This document shows positions 61,108-64,000 of a stretch of DNA of 64,000 nt, in pieces; positions within the stretch are counted from its first letter, which is position 1; every line of letters begins with the position of its first letter. The position numbers and the translations under genes are program-made. The notes below the pieces were generated by a model. It was not told the DNA's origin. It saw only the letters and a program-made list of their open reading frames with translations, and ran no database searches. Where the stretch lies: positions 429-64,428 of the forward strand of contig CANMLD010000003.1 in assembly GCA_947498315.1 (NCBI GenBank), written 5' to 3'. This stretch comes from Pseudomonadota bacterium (GTDB lineage Bacteria; Myxococcota_A; UBA9042; GCA-2863065).

Positions 61108-61261
61108 CGGACAGGAACCTCGGCCAAAAGAAGGCCGGAGACAACAGATGGAGAAGGACCAACCAGTCAGGTCGCCGAGGATCGCGGAGGGACGGGCCCT
61201 ACTACGGTTGGTCCATCTCCACGCGGCGATAGTCCGGAAGGTTGGCCGAGGTTCCTGTCGG
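61108..61261. other. ~150-nt long imperfect hairpin: perfect 18-bp outer stem (gacaggaacctcggccaa/ttggccgaggttcctgtc) nested around a 15-bp inner stem (1 mismatch); ncRNA or MITE-like element candidate
   Basis: Outer arms 61110-61127 and 61242-61259. Inner arms 61150-61164 and 61206-61220. Lies in the 1.1-kb noncoding gap between cphB and cphA. Confidence 0.45.
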
Positions 61262-61613
61262 AGTGGGAGGTCCCAGATGTTCAGGGCTGGGATCGGGACG
61301 GCCATGTAGTTGTCACTAGGCAGGTCGGTCATGACAAACTCGACTGGCAGCCGGGCGACGGCCCCGCGCATCTATCAGGAAGGCGCGGCCGAGCCGGCCT
61401 TCACTCTGGGAGGCCCGGCGGTAGCCGCGCCTCACAGATAAGAGCGTGTCGGCGTGCTCGGGCCCGTAAAGTGCTATCCTCGCCCTCCTCGCCGGGCGCT
61501 TCGCTTTGCCCGCCTCCGGGGGGCTCCGGCTGACACTTGAGTCACCTGAGCGGAGGCGATTTATCGCCGACGATCAGGGCCGTCCCAACTCCCCGACCGA
61601 GCCCTTCGGCCGA

Positions 61614-62459
61614 TTAGTCGTCGTAGTCTTCGCGAGGCGGCGGTGGCGTTGCGACGCGCGTGTGCAGATTGAAGGTCGCGCCGGCCGTGAGGATGTGGAG
61701 TGAGATCCCGGTCACGCAGATGGGATCGCCGGGGTGGGCCTCGGCGACCGAGCTGTGCGTGATGCCGCTCGGGTCGACGATGGTGATCCCGCCGGTACCG
61801 GCGACGTGGATGGTGTCATCGGGGTCGATGAAGGCGGCTGTGTCTTCGTCGAGGCCGATGCCTACTGCGAAAGGGTTGTAAGCGAGCGCGCTCAGAAGGC
61901 GTCCGAGGCGGTCTCGCTGCCGGAAGTGTTGGTCGATGACGACGCGGTTCGTCAGGCCGAGGCCGGGTGTGACCGTCGCGGTGCCGGCCCTCGGTGTCGC
62001 TCCGCCTTCGCCATAGGCGATCATGTGCTCCGACAAGATCGCGGCGCCAGCGGAGGTGCCTCCGACGATGACGCCTTTGGCGTTGCGTCGTCGGAGGGCC
62101 TTGGCGACTGGCGTCCCGCCGAGGATCGTCGAGATCCGGAGCTGATTGCCGCCGGTCAAGAAGATGCCGGTGGCGTCATCGAGCAAGCCCATCCAGTCCG
62201 CACGATCGGCGTCGCGACGTTCGGCGTACGGGAGCGACGATGCGGCCCGAGCGCCGAGCTCGCGGAAGAGCTGCTCGTAGCGCTCTCCGGTGTCGGGCAG
62301 GACCGAGGCGGTAGGGATGATGGCGATACGAGCCGAGTCGCCACCGGCGAGCTCGACGAAACGGCGGAGAATGTCGGCGCTGCCGGCCTTCTCTTCGCGA
62401 CCGCCCACGGGGACGATCCAGCCGCGGCGTTCTGTGAAGTCGACTTTCGCGGGGCTCAC
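61614..62459 (-). CDS. cphB: Cyanophycinase (S51 peptidase family)
   Basis: GGNQ...GTSAGAAI serine-nucleophile motif and overall CphB-like sequence. GTG start at 62459. Confidence 0.8.
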   Translation of the reverse strand: MSPAKVDFTERRGWIVPVGGREEKAGSADILRRFVELAGGDSARIAIIPTASVLPDTGERYEQLFRELGARAASSLPYAERRDADRADWMGLLDDATGIFLTGGNQLRISTILGGTPVAKALRRRNAKGVIVGGTSAGAAILSEHMIAYGEGGATPRAGTATVTPGLGLTNRVVIDQHFRQRDRLGRLLSALAYNPFAVGIGLDEDTAAFIDPDDTIHVAGTGGITIVDPSGITHSSVAEAHPGDPICVTGISLHILTAGATFNLHTRVATPPPPREDYDD

Positions 62460-62511
62460 GGGCTCTCACTCTCGTTCAGTTACGTGGCGCGGATCAGGGG
62501 CGCCGATCAGG

Positions 62512-63681
62512 TCAGGAGGGGCGTGGCTCGAAGGGCCCGAGCACGACCGGGCGGCCCTCTGCGAGCATGTGCCGACCGCGGGCCCAGACCTCCCGCACCT
62601 CGCCGGCGGCGCCTAGTACCACGAGATCGGCGTCGTTGCCCACCGCGATGCGCCCTTTGCGATGGAAACGAAACAGTTTCGAGACGTTGGAGGTGAAGAA
62701 CGGCAGCGCTTGGCTCAGGGTGTGGCCCCGCTGGAGGAGAGCGCGGAGGGTGTCCGTGAGGAGCGCCGGACGGCCGATGTCCATCGCACACACCTGTCCC
62801 TGCTCGTCAAACACGGGCAAGCAGCCGGCGCCGTCGCTCGAGCAGGTGAGGCGATCGGCGGGCAGCCCGTTGCGTAGCCAGTCATCGATAGCGTCTACGG
62901 CGCTGAGGCCGGGATCGTCGTCTTCTACCGGGAACGCGGTCACATCGACCGTGCAGCCACGCTCGGAGAGCGCCATGGCCTCGTCCCAGAGGCGGCGCTG
63001 CCGGTTGCAGTGGGTCGGGTGAAAGGTGCGTGCCGGCAGCTCGAGCGTGTCGAGCGCCCGTCTCACGAGGTCGAGGCCCCGTGGGCCGTCGCCGAGGTGG
63101 AGGTGCAGCAGGCCAGCTTTGCCGCTCATCATACCCGCGACGTGGGCGTCCGCGGCGATACGGGCGAGCTCGTCCAAGGTGGGTTGGCTCGAGCGATGGT
63201 CTGAGATAGCCAGCTCACCCACGCCGACGATGGGATCGACGAAGACGATGTCGCTGCGCACCGAGCCCGTGAGGGTCAGTAGCGGCACCTCGTAGCTGCC
63301 GGTGTAGCACCACGCCGAGAGGCCTTCGGCGCGCAGGCCGAGGGTACGCGCGACGAGGGACGCCACCGTTCGCGTCGTGCCGTCGGTGCCGAGCGTGCCG
63401 ACGACGCTCGTAATGCCGGCTTCGGTGAGGCGGCTGAGCATAATGGGCGGGACTCGAGAGGACGGGCCCGACTCGCCGCCACCGCCGGTCACATGGACGT
63501 GGCAGTCGATGAGACCCGGGATGAGGCGGGCGCCATCGAGCTCCATAATCGTGGCACGGTAGCCCTGGGGCGGGTCCGGCAGGGACGGCGCCAGAGCGAC
63601 CACCCGGCCGCCTGCGATCAGAACGTCATTGATTCCGAGATCTTCCGGAGCATGAACGTGGGCGCGACGGAGTAGCAGCAT
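62512..63681 (-). CDS. iadA: Isoaspartyl dipeptidase (amidohydrolase superfamily)
   Basis: LIDCHVHVTGGGGE metal-binding motif characteristic of IadA. Sits directly upstream of cphB. Confidence 0.75.
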   Translation of the reverse strand: MLLLRRAHVHAPEDLGINDVLIAGGRVVALAPSLPDPPQGYRATIMELDGARLIPGLIDCHVHVTGGGGESGPSSRVPPIMLSRLTEAGITSVVGTLGTDGTTRTVASLVARTLGLRAEGLSAWCYTGSYEVPLLTLTGSVRSDIVFVDPIVGVGELAISDHRSSQPTLDELARIAADAHVAGMMSGKAGLLHLHLGDGPRGLDLVRRALDTLELPARTFHPTHCNRQRRLWDEAMALSERGCTVDVTAFPVEDDDPGLSAVDAIDDWLRNGLPADRLTCSSDGAGCLPVFDEQGQVCAMDIGRPALLTDTLRALLQRGHTLSQALPFFTSNVSKLFRFHRKGRIAVGNDADLVVLGAAGEVREVWARGRHMLAEGRPVVLGPFEPRPS

Positions 63682-63684
63682 AGG

Positions 63685-64000
63685 TCAGGAGCCCTTCATG
63701 TAGGTCGAGAGCCTCAGGATCAAGGCGGCCAGGAGGACGAGTACGCCGAGGGTGAGCACGCTCGCGATGGCCATACGTCGGCGATCTCGCTGGCTGAGGA
63801 GGGGCCAGATTCGAGCGCGAGTACGCCAAAGCTCGAGGAGCTGAGCGGCGGTGAGGAGCTGTAAAGGCCAGAGATAGGTGCCGACGAGGGACGCGCGCCA
63901 AATCGCAGCGGCGATGGCAGCGGCGTTCTCGCCGCTTGGGGCATCGAGCTCTGGGGGGGCATCGAGCTCCGGAGGCTGGCGTCCGCGTCGGTCTTCGATG
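63685..64000 (-). CDS. 3' end of a membrane protein gene continuing beyond the window
   Basis: Open minus-strand frame from the window edge to TGA at 63687-63685. C-terminal hydrophobic stretch MAIASVLTLGVLVLLAALILRL. Only 3 nt from the iadA start. Confidence 0.3.
   Translation of the reverse strand, partial: IEDRRGRQPPELDAPPELDAPSGENAAAIAAAIWRASLVGTYLWPLQLLTAAQLLELWRTRARIWPLLSQRDRRRMAIASVLTLGVLVLLAALILRLSTYMKGS

Noticed and set aside
60695-61533. ORFs 60695..61084 (+), 61057..61533 (+) and 61093..61371 (-) in the cphB-cphA gap
   Set aside because: They contain or cross the 18-bp and 150-nt hairpins, show a weak GC3 signal and have no RBS. The region is more plausibly noncoding or structured.

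Overview
High-GC (~68-70% by eye) bacterial window, most likely Myxococcota, judged from the protein architectures seen: TPR-rich envelope proteins, lipobox signal peptides, MopE-like Cys repeats, thrombospondin type-3 arrays and choice-of-anchor-D/ASH Ig-like repeats.

Layout of the window:
1. 1-6075: a 5'-partial hypothetical protein, a secreted hypothetical protein, and a 1392-aa IPT/TIG + Cys-rich + beta-propeller lipoprotein.
2. 6079-17072, all on the minus strand: an eight-gene operon-like cluster whose order mirrors the Myxococcus Glt (gliding) / Nfs (sporulation) envelope-spanning machinery. Order: VWA lipoprotein, outer-membrane beta-barrel, three TPR proteins of about 615, 1130 and 520 aa, a small secreted protein, a two-TM protein, and a second copy of the small secreted protein.
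3. 17221-22272: a ~200-bp interspersed repeat, then two tandem paralogous ~710-740-aa lipoproteins with ASH/choice-of-anchor-D Ig-like domains.
4. 22547-27774: a sufB-sufC-sufD-sufS-sufT Fe-S assembly operon, then a second copy of the ~200-bp repeat.
5. 28032-44078: DUF72 protein, a 1245-aa DUF4397-like lipoprotein, serC, uvrA, a squalene-monooxygenase-like FAD enzyme, a GT4 glycosyltransferase, a degraded M15A peptidase remnant, a methyltransferase-like protein, a small Cys-rich protein, an alpha/beta hydrolase and a class-I glutamine amidotransferase.
6. 44154-50981: a 2275-aa lipoprotein made almost entirely of thrombospondin type-3 calcium-binding repeats, flanked by MopE-like Cys modules.
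7. 51310-55394: a DUF4388 / J-like / TPR protein and an FHA sigma54-dependent activator.
8. 55895-63681, minus strand: a cyanophycin cluster of iadA, cphB, a structured 1.1-kb noncoding gap, a full cphA, and immediately downstream a second CphA-like protein that has the N and Mur-ligase domains but no ATP-grasp domain.

Several intergenic repeat families and long hairpins are also described.

All functional calls rest on motifs recognised by eye in the supplied translations; no database search was run.
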